Under the pieces are notes generated by a model that was not told where the DNA came from, searched no databases, and saw nothing but the letters and a program-made list of their open reading frames with translations. From contig DEKA01000005.1 of NCBI GenBank assembly GCA_002353635.1, forward strand, positions 17,146 through 81,145: 64,000 nucleotides of DNA, in the 5' to 3' direction. Below, one piece after another: positions 18,125 to 27,996 of the stretch. The translations under genes were made by a program, and so were the position numbers. Positions within the stretch are counted from its first letter, which is position 1; each line of letters begins with the position of its first letter. The DNA comes from Lachnospiraceae bacterium UBA2734 (GTDB taxonomy: Bacteria > Bacillota > Clostridia > Lachnospirales > Lachnospiraceae).

Positions 18125-19507
18125 ATGGGCAGATATTTTGGGACGGACGGATTCCGCGGAGAGGCGGGCGTTACACTGACGGCAGATCACGCGTATAAGA
18201 TCGGACGGTTCCTTGGCTGGTACTATGGGCGGGAGCATGAGAAGAACGGAAACGACGCACCTGCAAAGATTGTCATAGGCAAAGACACAAGACGCTCGAG
18301 CTACATGCTGGAGTACTCCCTTGTCGGCGGACTGGTTGCTTCCGGCGCAGATGCCTATCTTCTGCATGTGACAACGACGCCGTCCGTCTCTTATATCACA
18401 CGGGCGGACCGCTTTGACTGCGGCGTCATGATCACGGCAAGCCACAACCCTTACTGCGACAACGGCATCAAGCTCGTGAACCACAGAGGGGAGAAGATGG
18501 ACGATGAGACCATCAGCCTCATCGAGGATTTTCTGGACGGCAGGCTGGTCATCGACGGGAATGCCCTAAAAGAGCTCCCCTTTGCAAAGGATGACAGGAT
18601 TGGCACAACGGTCGATTATATCGCGGGGAGAAACCGCTATATCGGCTATCTCATTTCTCTTGGCGTATACGATTTCCGGGGCGTGCGCGTGGGCCTTGAC
18701 TGTGCCAACGGCGGTGCGTGGACGATCGCAAAGGCCGTGTTCGAAGCGCTCGGCGCAGAGACGTACATGATGGGCGATCGTCCCAACGGTCTCAACATCA
18801 ACAGGAATGTAGGATCGACACATATCGCGGCACTGCAGAACTTTGTCCTGGACAACCGCCTCGATGTCGGCTTTGCCTATGACGGCGATGCGGACAGATG
18901 TCTGGCCGTGGATGAGAGAGGCAATGTTGTGACGGGAGACCACATCCTGCTCATGTACAGCCTGTACATGAAGGAGAGGGGAAAACTTGTCGGCAACACG
19001 GTTGTCGCCACGGCACAGTCGAATTTCGGCCTGTTCAAGGCACTGAAGGAAAACGGCATTGAGTATCTGCGCACACAGGTCGGAGATAAGTATGTCTATG
19101 AGGCCATGAAGAAGTACGGCTACCGGATAGGCGGAGAGCAGACCGGCCATATTATTTTCTCCAAGTATGCGACGACGGGAGACGGCGTCCTGACTTCACT
19201 CAAGGTGATGCAGGTCATGCTGGCAAGGAAAAAGAAGCTCTCGGAGCTGGCTGCGCAGATGACGCTTTATCCTCAGGTACAGTACAGCGTGCGGGTCACA
19301 GATAAAGACAAGGTCATGAACAATGAGGAACTGAAGGAGCTTCTCTCCTCCGTATCCTCGGCCCTTTCCGACAAGGGCAGCATTCTGGTCCGTCCCTCCG
19401 GCACTGAGCCGGTGATCCGCGTCGGCGTCGAGGCGGAGGATGACCGCACGGCGAAGCAGTACGCGGACCGGATTGCAGATCTTGTGCGCAGGATTGATCA
19501 GGAATGA
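18125..19507 (+). CDS. glmM: Phosphoglucosamine mutase
   Basis: YFGTDGFRG, GKDTRRS, ITASHNP, DGDADR, GGEQTGH, RPSGTEP. Confidence 0.88.
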   Translation: MGRYFGTDGFRGEAGVTLTADHAYKIGRFLGWYYGREHEKNGNDAPAKIVIGKDTRRSSYMLEYSLVGGLVASGADAYLLHVTTTPSVSYITRADRFDCGVMITASHNPYCDNGIKLVNHRGEKMDDETISLIEDFLDGRLVIDGNALKELPFAKDDRIGTTVDYIAGRNRYIGYLISLGVYDFRGVRVGLDCANGGAWTIAKAVFEALGAETYMMGDRPNGLNINRNVGSTHIAALQNFVLDNRLDVGFAYDGDADRCLAVDERGNVVTGDHILLMYSLYMKERGKLVGNTVVATAQSNFGLFKALKENGIEYLRTQVGDKYVYEAMKKYGYRIGGEQTGHIIFSKYATTGDGVLTSLKVMQVMLARKKKLSELAAQMTLYPQVQYSVRVTDKDKVMNNEELKELLSSVSSALSDKGSILVRPSGTEPVIRVGVEAEDDRTAKQYADRIADLVRRIDQE

Positions 19508-19513
19508 CCGCAG

Positions 19514-20668
19514 ATGAGGCATGTGGCATTATGGTCTGAGAAGGACCTGGACAGCAACAGAACAGGATGGATTGACATTGCCAGGGGAATCGGCATATGG
19601 CTGATCGCTGCAGGCCATCTGCTGCGCAGGGGACACATCGCCGATTATATCCTCTCGGGTGCTGTGGCACTCTTTTTCTATCTTGCCGGATACGTCTATT
19701 ACTGGCATGAGGACAGGGCGCAGTACTGGAAGGGGAGAGTCCTGCGTCTTGTAGTTCCCTATCTTGCAGTGGGGAGCGTCAGCATCATCCTCTATGAATT
19801 TCTGGGGGCGTATGCTGCACATGTCCTTGGAACGGCGGCGCCGCCGGGCTTTGCTGCGGATTTCCGCCATCTCCTTTTCGCCAACGGCAAGCTTGGCTGC
19901 ATGAAGTGGAATGAGTCCTTGTGGTTCCTGCCCTGTCTCTTCTCCATGACTGTCCTCGCAGAGTTTATCGAGTACATGGTCCGCACATCAACTACCGGGA
20001 TCATCAAGGCCGCGGAGGTGCGCATCGTTTACGTTGTGCTCTTTGGCGGCATCGGCTACATTCTGACCCAGTGGATGAAGGGAGGAATGTATCCCTGGCA
20101 CATAGAGACGGCGCTGTGCATGCTCTTCTTTTTTGAGGCCGGACAGGTCCGGCGGCAGATCCACGACAGCCGCGTGCGCTGGGCACAGTTGAGCGGAGGA
20201 AAATTCCGTAAGCCAAGAGTGGATGTGCGCGTGATGAGCGGCATCTGCGGGATCGCCGCATCTTTGATCCTGACGATCTACAACGGCTCTATCAGCGTGC
20301 GCACGGATGAATATCCGCACTACCTGCTGTCCTTTTTCATCATGTTCCTCTTCAGTGAGGGCGTGGTGCAGCTCACCATTGCCGCAGAGCACTGTGCATT
20401 TCTGGAAAATATCGGCAGAGCCTCTATGGATATTCTGCTCTGGAACAAATTCCCGGTCCTTTTCGTGCAGCTGGCAGTGGGTCCCATCCTGTTCCATTGG
20501 GAGAGGCTCTTTCTTGAGAAGGATACAGTCCCTGCTGCCGTGCTCACAGCGCTGCTCGCCCTTCCCTGCATGGGGCTGTGTATCGCCTGGACGAAAATGT
20601 ACCAGGCTGCCGCACAGAGCATTGGCAGAAGGCTGAAAAAAGAAAAGACGGTTGCAGAGAATGAATGA
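19514..20668 (+). CDS. Acyltransferase-3 family membrane acyltransferase
   Basis: RTGWIDIARGIGIWL..GH, LFFYLAGY, RLVVPY, LWFLPCLF. Confidence 0.82.
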   Translation: MRHVALWSEKDLDSNRTGWIDIARGIGIWLIAAGHLLRRGHIADYILSGAVALFFYLAGYVYYWHEDRAQYWKGRVLRLVVPYLAVGSVSIILYEFLGAYAAHVLGTAAPPGFAADFRHLLFANGKLGCMKWNESLWFLPCLFSMTVLAEFIEYMVRTSTTGIIKAAEVRIVYVVLFGGIGYILTQWMKGGMYPWHIETALCMLFFFEAGQVRRQIHDSRVRWAQLSGGKFRKPRVDVRVMSGICGIAASLILTIYNGSISVRTDEYPHYLLSFFIMFLFSEGVVQLTIAAEHCAFLENIGRASMDILLWNKFPVLFVQLAVGPILFHWERLFLEKDTVPAAVLTALLALPCMGLCIAWTKMYQAAAQSIGRRLKKEKTVAENE

Positions 20669-22286
20669 CGAGAAGAGATACCGGCTAAAGCCGGCAGAAG
20701 ATCCGGCCGCGCACCCTGCGGCTGAGAAGAGAGAACAGTGTTATGAAAAGACGGTCAGCGTGCTGTGTATTCTCGCTGCGGCCGTCTTTGTCCTTCTTCT
20801 TATTCCGATCCTCGCCGCCTCTTTTTCAGCACACACAGTCAATGATGACTACAACTTCGCCTGGAGAGTGTATCATGCGGTGCGAGGGGGGAGCAGCCCC
20901 ATCGGGATTCTCGCTGCCGCTGTGCAGGAGACCGTCTATATCTGGCAGATCTGGCAGGGGACATTCTCTGCTGTCTTTCTCTTTTCTTTAAGTCCCGGAG
21001 CATTTTCAGAGAGAGCCTACGCGCTCACGACGTGGATTCTCCTCGGAAGTCTTATTATCGCCACGTCTTATTGTGTGCACACCGTTGTCAGGCAGAGACT
21101 GCACGGCAGCAGGGCGGAGAGCGCCCTGATCTGCGCATCCGTTCTGACAGTGTCCGTGAGCTTTGTGCCTGATAAGGCGGAGGCCTATTACTGGTGGAAC
21201 GGGGCAGTGTATTACACCTTTTTTTATGCCCTGAGCCTCATCCTCGGTGCAGTTGTTCTGCAGCTTCTGCAGGATCCAGGCACCATTAATGTTCCTACAG
21301 ATTCTGCTGCGGCAGGGCATATGACGGAGCGCGTATCCTCTGCACATCGGCGAGGGCACAGGCGTCTTCTTACTGCGGGCTGTCTGTTGGGATTTCTGGT
21401 CGGCGGAGGCAATTATACGAGTGCACTTCTTAGCACAGAGTGTCTTGCTCTTGTTCTTTTGTGGTGCATTCTCACAAAGAACCGGAAATGGAGAGAGATT
21501 CTGCCGGTACTGGCTTTTCTCGTGCTCGCGTTTGCGGTCAGTCTTGCAAGTCCCGGCGCGGCGGAGAGATCCGGCAGGACGGAGGGAATGGCGCCTCTGC
21601 AAGCAGTGCTCTCAGCTCTGCGGCAGGCCGTTGTTTTCATTCTGCAGTGGACGGATCTTACGGTGATTGCCCTTCTTCTTTTTCTTCTGCCGGCCTTTGT
21701 GCATCTGGCGAAGAAGAGCGGACGGGAATTCCGCCATCCGCTGCAGACGTTGCTCCTTAGTTACCTGCTGTTCGCTTCGCAGATTGCTCCTTCCTATTAC
21801 GGCGTATCGACCTACGGCGGCGGCAGGCAGGTGGATATTTATTATTATTCGTATGTGCTGACGGCAGTGGGACTTACCTTTTATCTGACCGGGTGGCTGA
21901 TGGGGAGAATAAGAACAGATACGGCGAAGAAGAGAAAAAGCGGTTTCCATAGTGGTGTTCTGCTACTGTGGTCAGGAAAGGGCCTTCTCATTCTTTGCAT
22001 AGTCTTCCTCATCGGCTGTAAAATAAATGGTCTGCACAGCATCACTTCTGTGGCAGCAGGAGATGATCTCGTACACGGACGCCTTGCCGCTTATGACAGG
22101 GAATATATGGAAATGGCGAAAGACCTTGAGCAGGGCCATGGAAAGAAATCCGTCACAGTGAGCGCACCGACCGCGCAGCCTTCTGTTTTCCCGGTCTCTG
22201 AGATAGAGACATATCCCGGAGGGTGGGTCAACAAGGCTATGGAGCGCTACTACGACATAGAACAGATTCAGAAAAAGGGAGAATGA
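20661..22286 (+). CDS. Polytopic membrane protein, GT-C-like (DUF6056-like)
   Basis: DD dyad after TM1 (VNDDYNF), WQGTFS, YWWNGAVYY, SPG..R; paralog of 54552..56288. Confidence 0.6.
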   Translation: MNDEKRYRLKPAEDPAAHPAAEKREQCYEKTVSVLCILAAAVFVLLLIPILAASFSAHTVNDDYNFAWRVYHAVRGGSSPIGILAAAVQETVYIWQIWQGTFSAVFLFSLSPGAFSERAYALTTWILLGSLIIATSYCVHTVVRQRLHGSRAESALICASVLTVSVSFVPDKAEAYYWWNGAVYYTFFYALSLILGAVVLQLLQDPGTINVPTDSAAAGHMTERVSSAHRRGHRRLLTAGCLLGFLVGGGNYTSALLSTECLALVLLWCILTKNRKWREILPVLAFLVLAFAVSLASPGAAERSGRTEGMAPLQAVLSALRQAVVFILQWTDLTVIALLLFLLPAFVHLAKKSGREFRHPLQTLLLSYLLFASQIAPSYYGVSTYGGGRQVDIYYYSYVLTAVGLTFYLTGWLMGRIRTDTAKKRKSGFHSGVLLLWSGKGLLILCIVFLIGCKINGLHSITSVAAGDDLVHGRLAAYDREYMEMAKDLEQGHGKKSVTVSAPTAQPSVFPVSEIETYPGGWVNKAMERYYDIEQIQKKGE

Positions 22287-22295
22287 GAAGTTTTA

Positions 22296-23870
22296 ATGCG
22301 TAAGAGTTTATGGAAGCGTTGTTTGTCTGCCGCGGCAGGTGCCATGATATCTGCCGCGGTTTTGTCCATGCAGGTGTGTGCCGCGGGAGCGGTGACTGTG
22401 AGCGGGGTTTCGATCAAGGACGGCAATGTCGAGGTCAGCGCTGCAGGAAATGCCGGGTCTGAGGACGGCATGTATCACCTCTACGCGCAGAATGTGACGG
22501 AGAGCGCAGCGGGCGGAGCCGAAGTGGGCAGCGCGAAAGCGTCCGCTGGAAGTCTGCACTTTTCTGTTCCTCTGCGGAAGAATACACCGGAATCTCTCCT
22601 CTATAAGAAATTCACGGTCATGGCCGTGCAGGGAGGCAAAAAGGTTCCGGTCAGCAATTCCATGTTCATCACGAATCCGGAAGCGTGTGCGCCCTATTCA
22701 TCGCCGCGTATACATGTCGGGAAGAAGGGCATTCTTCCCTCCTCGGACCTTCTGCGGTCGGGACAGCTCCGCCAGCTGGGCATACAGCAGGCAACGTACA
22801 ACATTCCGCTCGCCAATATCACGAGCGGGGGAGGCGTTCCCTACGTTTATAACGGAAAGACATATGAATTCAACGCATCTGCCATCTGGCAGTATGACTA
22901 CGTGATACCACTGCTCAATGCACAGGGCATTCAGGTCACACTGATTTTTCTGAACAACCGGGGCGGAGATTCATCCCTCATTCACCCTCTCTCCCGTGAC
23001 AGCCACAGCGCCAATTATTATGCGTTCAACACACAGGACGAGGCGGCCGTGGAGAAGCTCGAGGCCATTGCTTCTTTCTTCGCACAGCGCTACAGCGGCA
23101 AGAGCTTCGGCACCGTGGACAATTGGATCATTGGGAACGAGATCAATGCGAGAGCCCAGTGGAATTACATGAAGGCATCTGCCGGCATTGACACTTATAC
23201 GCAGGAGTATGCAAAAGCCTTCCGCATCTTCTATAATGCTATTAAGGCACAGAATGCGAATGCGAGAGTGTACAGCTGTGTGGACAACCAGTTCGCCGGC
23301 ACTACGGACAGCGAATTTTATCCAGGTCAGCAATTCCTCCTGCGTCTGCAGGCGGACCTCTCTGCAGAGGGCAATATTCCCTGGGATATTGCAGTTCACC
23401 CCTATGATATGCCCTTGAGCGATGAGACGCTCTGGGATGAGACGGGCAAGAGCGGAATCAACCACACGCAGGCGTCCGAGTTTGTGACGATGTCCAACAT
23501 AGATGTTTTCACAGATTTCTTCCTTCAGCCGTCCATGAGGTCTCCGGATGGAGAGGTGAAGAGCATCCTCTGCAGCGAGCAGGGGTACACCTCAAACGGA
23601 AGGGGAGGGGAGAAGGCGCAGGCTGCTTCCATTGTTCTTGCCTATCAACAGGCACAGCAGAACCAGTACATAGACGGCTTCATTCTCGCCAGAGAGCAGG
23701 ATCACGGCGATGAGACGAAGCAGGGGCTGGCCACGGGCCTTTCCAGGGCCGACGGCACACACAAACTTGCCTTTTCCTGGTATGCCGCTGCGGATTCGCC
23801 GTCCACAGTAAAGGCAGCAGCAGATGTGATCGGCGTGCAGGATCTGTCGCAGCTCATCACAAAGAGATAG
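22296..23870 (+). CDS. Secreted DUF5722-like glycoside hydrolase (clan GH-A-like)
   Basis: Signal peptide; WIIGNEIN acid/base motif, AVHPY, ILCSEQG nucleophile-like motif. Confidence 0.7.
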   Translation: MRKSLWKRCLSAAAGAMISAAVLSMQVCAAGAVTVSGVSIKDGNVEVSAAGNAGSEDGMYHLYAQNVTESAAGGAEVGSAKASAGSLHFSVPLRKNTPESLLYKKFTVMAVQGGKKVPVSNSMFITNPEACAPYSSPRIHVGKKGILPSSDLLRSGQLRQLGIQQATYNIPLANITSGGGVPYVYNGKTYEFNASAIWQYDYVIPLLNAQGIQVTLIFLNNRGGDSSLIHPLSRDSHSANYYAFNTQDEAAVEKLEAIASFFAQRYSGKSFGTVDNWIIGNEINARAQWNYMKASAGIDTYTQEYAKAFRIFYNAIKAQNANARVYSCVDNQFAGTTDSEFYPGQQFLLRLQADLSAEGNIPWDIAVHPYDMPLSDETLWDETGKSGINHTQASEFVTMSNIDVFTDFFLQPSMRSPDGEVKSILCSEQGYTSNGRGGEKAQAASIVLAYQQAQQNQYIDGFILAREQDHGDETKQGLATGLSRADGTHKLAFSWYAAADSPSTVKAAADVIGVQDLSQLITKR

Positions 23871-23879
23871 AAGGATCGG

Positions 23880-25469
23880 ATGAATCGTCATTATTACACG
23901 GACAGCACGAAAAAGAAAATATCCTTTATTCTGGACATCGCGGTTCTTCTTGTCTGTTATGAGGCAGCACTGCGGCTGCGCTATGCCGGACCGCCGGCAG
24001 GCTGGCAGATTTCTTTCTATCGGCAGATTCTGAGCGTAGAGCTCCTCAGCTATATCATCCTGTCACTGCACAGGACCATCACGAAGAAGCCGTATCTGCC
24101 GAATGAGCAGGACCCTGTCGACAACCTCGTGCGTGTAGTGAAGGAGCAGGTCTGTCTGTTCGCGGTCCTTCTCATTCTGCTCGTCGCTATAAAGAGTGCG
24201 CAGCAGGTCTCCCGCCTTTTTCTGACCTATCAGTTCTGTCTGAACACAGTTGTCATGTATGTGCAGCGCATGCTGTACCGCCAATGGCTCTTCAGGGTCA
24301 GCGGGAGCGGGGAGAATGCCGTTTCCATGATGATTGCAGCCGATATGCCCAATATCCGCGGCGCTGTGAGACGCCTGCGCACGGGACTGCCGGGGCATGT
24401 CCGTCTCTCCGGCATATGGCTTCTCGAGGATAATCTGCAGTGTCCGCCAGAGCAGATCGAGAACATTCCTGTTCTGGGCTGCGGTCCGGTAACGGATGCG
24501 AATGAATGGTCAGAGACGTTGGAGAGCGCTCTTCCTGCAGAAGCTTATTTTTCCTTCTCCCATGCCAATGAGGACGCAGCACGCAGGCTTATGGATGTGC
24601 TCCTCAAAAAGGGAGTGGATGTCTACTGCGAACTGCGGCTCTTTGACAGGGGGGTTCCGTCCGGCATTCTGCACACGGAAGGAAGTCTGTGCACCGCAAG
24701 GCTCAATGGCCTCACACAGAGATGCCGCGTGCTCGATATTGACTATGCAGTGGCAAACGTAGAGGGTGCCGCTTCGTATATCCGCGATCACGTAAAGGAA
24801 CTTGGCGGGCAGTACGTGTGCTTCTCCAACGCACACACAACAGTCACGGCACATGAGGATCTTCAGTACAGGGCTGTGCAGAACGGCTCGGCTTATACAT
24901 TTGCGGACGGTTCGCCGGTGGCGAAGTGCGAGCGCTACCTTGGTTTTAAGGATGCACAGAGAGTGAGCGGCCCGGACTTCATGGATGCCATGTTCAGGGC
25001 GAGCATGGACGGGTCGGTCACACATTATTTTTACGGCTCAACACAGGAGACAATTGAGGGACTGAAGAGAAATCTCGAAAGGGATTACCCGGGAATCGTG
25101 GTCAAAGGGTTATATTCACCGCCGTTCAGGGCGCTCTCCGAGGAGGAGGACCGCGAGCAGACAGATATGATCAACAGGGCGGGGGCAGACATTATCTGGA
25201 TTGGACTCGGTGCACCAAAGCAAGAGAAGTGGATGGCGGCCCACAAGGGAAAAGTGCATGGCCTTATGATGGGTGTCGGCGCCGGCTTCAACTTCTATGC
25301 GGGCACCGTAAAAAGAGCCCCGAAATGGATTCAGAAGATCGGCCTGGAGTGGCTCTACCGGCTGACACAGGATCCAAAGCGCCTCTTCTCAAGGTATTTT
25401 GTCACAAACGTCAAGTTCGTCGTCTATGTACTGCATGATTATCTATGGCACAGAAGAGGAAAAGTGTAG
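23880..25469 (+). CDS. WecB/TagA/CpsF (GT26) glycosyltransferase fused to the N-terminal membrane/CoA-binding-like region of a priming sugar transferase
   Basis: C-terminal half: FSNAH, ADG, RVSGPDFM, GLGAPKQEKW, GVGAGF, RAPKW..GLEWLYRL; N-terminal half: 4 TMs with D..A, SRLF and IENIPVLG. Confidence 0.8.
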   Translation: MNRHYYTDSTKKKISFILDIAVLLVCYEAALRLRYAGPPAGWQISFYRQILSVELLSYIILSLHRTITKKPYLPNEQDPVDNLVRVVKEQVCLFAVLLILLVAIKSAQQVSRLFLTYQFCLNTVVMYVQRMLYRQWLFRVSGSGENAVSMMIAADMPNIRGAVRRLRTGLPGHVRLSGIWLLEDNLQCPPEQIENIPVLGCGPVTDANEWSETLESALPAEAYFSFSHANEDAARRLMDVLLKKGVDVYCELRLFDRGVPSGILHTEGSLCTARLNGLTQRCRVLDIDYAVANVEGAASYIRDHVKELGGQYVCFSNAHTTVTAHEDLQYRAVQNGSAYTFADGSPVAKCERYLGFKDAQRVSGPDFMDAMFRASMDGSVTHYFYGSTQETIEGLKRNLERDYPGIVVKGLYSPPFRALSEEEDREQTDMINRAGADIIWIGLGAPKQEKWMAAHKGKVHGLMMGVGAGFNFYAGTVKRAPKWIQKIGLEWLYRLTQDPKRLFSRYFVTNVKFVVYVLHDYLWHRRGKV

Positions 25470-25565
25470 ATCACATCCGGCGGCTGCATTTGGCGAAAAC
25501 GCCTGCGCGGATTTCACCACAGCGAGGAATGAATTGGGAAGTATAGATTCCCGAAAGATACGGAG

Positions 25566-26366
25566 ATGCCAATGCCAGGCAGCAAGGTCAGTCTTATTCT
25601 CACAACGTATAACAGCATAGAGAATCTGCGCGGCACGATGGAGAGCATCGCGCAGCAGGACTATCCGGACATTGAGGTTGTCATCAAGGACGGCGGATCG
25701 ACGGATGGAACAAAGGAGGCAGCTCTTGCCTATGCTGCACCGGGGGGCTTCCGGTATCCTGTCAAGGTTCAATCCTGCAGCGATCATGGAATCTACGATG
25801 CCATGAACCAGGGATATGCGCTGTCGGAGGGAGGGATCATCGCCTTTTTCAATGACAGATTTGTCCGGAGAGATGCGGTCTCCCTCATGGTGCGCGCCAT
25901 CGAGGAGAGCGGCGCGGACGGCGCACACGCAGATCTTGTGTACGCAGGATTTGACGGAAGAGTCGTCCGCTACTGGCATATGGGACAGGGGAACATCAGA
26001 TCCGGCTGGATGCCGGGACACCCCACACTTTATCTGAGAAGACAGGTTTATGAGCGGTATGGACTCTACCGCACGGATTTCCGCATCTCCTCCGATTACG
26101 AGTTCATGGTGCGGATTCTGAAGAATAAAGCGGTGAGGCTTACCTATGTGCCGGAGATCATCGTCTCCATGTATTACGGCGGAACCAGTACGGGCGCAGC
26201 CAGCGGATATTGGAGAGGCCTTCGGGAGGGACATGAGGCGCTTGTCTCCAATGGCGTTCATCCAGCGCTTCTTGCGGACCTGCTGCGCACAGGGCGTCTT
26301 GCCCTGCAGTTTCTGCGCGCGAAAAAGGGTGAGAAGGAATTGAGGCGTCTTCATGCAGTATCATAG
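25566..26366 (+). CDS. GT2 glycosyltransferase (WcaE-like)
   Basis: DGGSTDGT, DHGIYDAMNQG, GWMPGHPT, ISSDYEF. Confidence 0.88.
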   Translation: MPMPGSKVSLILTTYNSIENLRGTMESIAQQDYPDIEVVIKDGGSTDGTKEAALAYAAPGGFRYPVKVQSCSDHGIYDAMNQGYALSEGGIIAFFNDRFVRRDAVSLMVRAIEESGADGAHADLVYAGFDGRVVRYWHMGQGNIRSGWMPGHPTLYLRRQVYERYGLYRTDFRISSDYEFMVRILKNKAVRLTYVPEIIVSMYYGGTSTGAASGYWRGLREGHEALVSNGVHPALLADLLRTGRLALQFLRAKKGEKELRRLHAVS

Positions 26367-27984
26367 GTTCAGGGGCAATCAGTTCTATATCCTGTTCTCG
26401 GCGCTGTTCGCGCTGATGATCCTTTTTTCCGGGAAAATAACGGCCAGCCAGGACCTCTTCGCCAAATTCGGCGAAGTTCTCTTTCATGACTTCACGGCGG
26501 CGGATCTGCCGAGGTACCTCATGTATGCACTGGTGACCTACATCGCCGTATGTGCACTCAGGTCCGGCGCGGCCCAGATCGCTGAGAGAAGGGAGCACGG
26601 CACTTTTGTGCGTGCAGGGGCGGCCGGTGCCGCGAAAGAGAAAGGTGAAGACGGCAATGGAGCACGCAGAACACTGTGTCTCTCTTTTGCAGGGCTTCTT
26701 CTTGTATGGCTTCCGTACCTGCTGAGCTTTATGCCTGGCGGCGTTTTCTCGGACACGGGCGGCATCATCCAGCAGGCGCTCGGCAATGAACCGCTCTCCA
26801 GCCATCACCCTGTCCTCTACACGATGATGATCCGGGCCGTTCTGTGGCTGTCAGGACGCTTTGGACTTGATGCGCAGGCGGGACTGTGTGTATTCACCAT
26901 CCTGCAGTATCTGTGCATGGCGTTCGTGTGTGCGCTGATCGTCACAGAGGCGGATCAGCTGATGCAGAAACGCCTCTTTACATTGCTCTGCTGGCTGTAC
27001 ATGGCACTCTTTACGCTGATCCCGCTCAATACGGTCTCCCTCTGGAAGGACACCGTCTTCACGATGGCAGTGGTGCTGTATACCCTTTGCATCGCACAGT
27101 ACCTGACGAAGAACAGATGGAGCTGGGAAGCCTATATTGTATCAAGTGTGCTCGTCGCCTTTCTGCGCAATAACGGCATCTATATGATCGCCGTATGCAG
27201 TCTGTGTCTTGCTGTGCGCAGGTGGACACAGAACCGGAGAGAGGGGATCCGCACGGGGATTGTCTCCATTGTGATGATCGCTCTGATCTCTCTGGTGCAG
27301 GGGCCGGGATTCGAAGCGCTCGGCATCATCTCGGACCGCGAGATCGAGAGCTTCGCCGTTCCGATCCAGCAGTATGCCTACACAGTTCTCTCCGGCGGAT
27401 CCATCCCGGAGGAAGACAGGGACTTCTGGAACAAGCTGATCCCTGAGGATAAGATTTATGAGGCATACTCGCCCGAACTCTTCGACACCATGAAGACGAA
27501 TGAGAACTTCAACAGGGCGTTGGTGGAGAATAAATCCGGCGAAATTCTCGCCAAATGGGCAAAGGTTGTGGCCCGCAATCCGGTCTCTGCTGTAAAGGGA
27601 TATGCACTTGAGACGATCGGTTTCTGGGATGTCACAAGACAGAATTCTTTTTCCTACGAGAGCAGCACGATGTACTCGGACAAGGATGGATGGACGCAGA
27701 CGGATTACTGGGAGAAAATCACGGGCACATCCTTTGCTTCCCTTGTAAAGCCGAAGCACTATGTCAGCAGCGCCGTCTTTGTGTGGATCATGCTCCTTTG
27801 CATGGCGGCCTCTCTGACAAAGAAGGACCACCTGTGGATGGCCATGATGCCGGGATTTATGCTGTGGGCGACGACAATGGCCGCGACGCCTGTAGCGTTC
27901 AGCATGCGCTACATTTTCGCACTTGTCGTCCTGGTGCCTGTGTATATCGCGTGCGCGGTGAGAAGGCAGACTGCCGCAGACTGA
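26353..27984 (+). CDS. DUF6020-like polytopic membrane protein (GT-C-like)
   Basis: PGG..SD....QA......SHHPVLYT, WKD, LRNNG, PIQQ, MRY. Confidence 0.7.
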   Translation: MQYHRFRGNQFYILFSALFALMILFSGKITASQDLFAKFGEVLFHDFTAADLPRYLMYALVTYIAVCALRSGAAQIAERREHGTFVRAGAAGAAKEKGEDGNGARRTLCLSFAGLLLVWLPYLLSFMPGGVFSDTGGIIQQALGNEPLSSHHPVLYTMMIRAVLWLSGRFGLDAQAGLCVFTILQYLCMAFVCALIVTEADQLMQKRLFTLLCWLYMALFTLIPLNTVSLWKDTVFTMAVVLYTLCIAQYLTKNRWSWEAYIVSSVLVAFLRNNGIYMIAVCSLCLAVRRWTQNRREGIRTGIVSIVMIALISLVQGPGFEALGIISDREIESFAVPIQQYAYTVLSGGSIPEEDRDFWNKLIPEDKIYEAYSPELFDTMKTNENFNRALVENKSGEILAKWAKVVARNPVSAVKGYALETIGFWDVTRQNSFSYESSTMYSDKDGWTQTDYWEKITGTSFASLVKPKHYVSSAVFVWIMLLCMAASLTKKDHLWMAMMPGFMLWATTMAATPVAFSMRYIFALVVLVPVYIACAVRRQTAAD

Positions 27985-27996
27985 AGGAGTAGTAGT

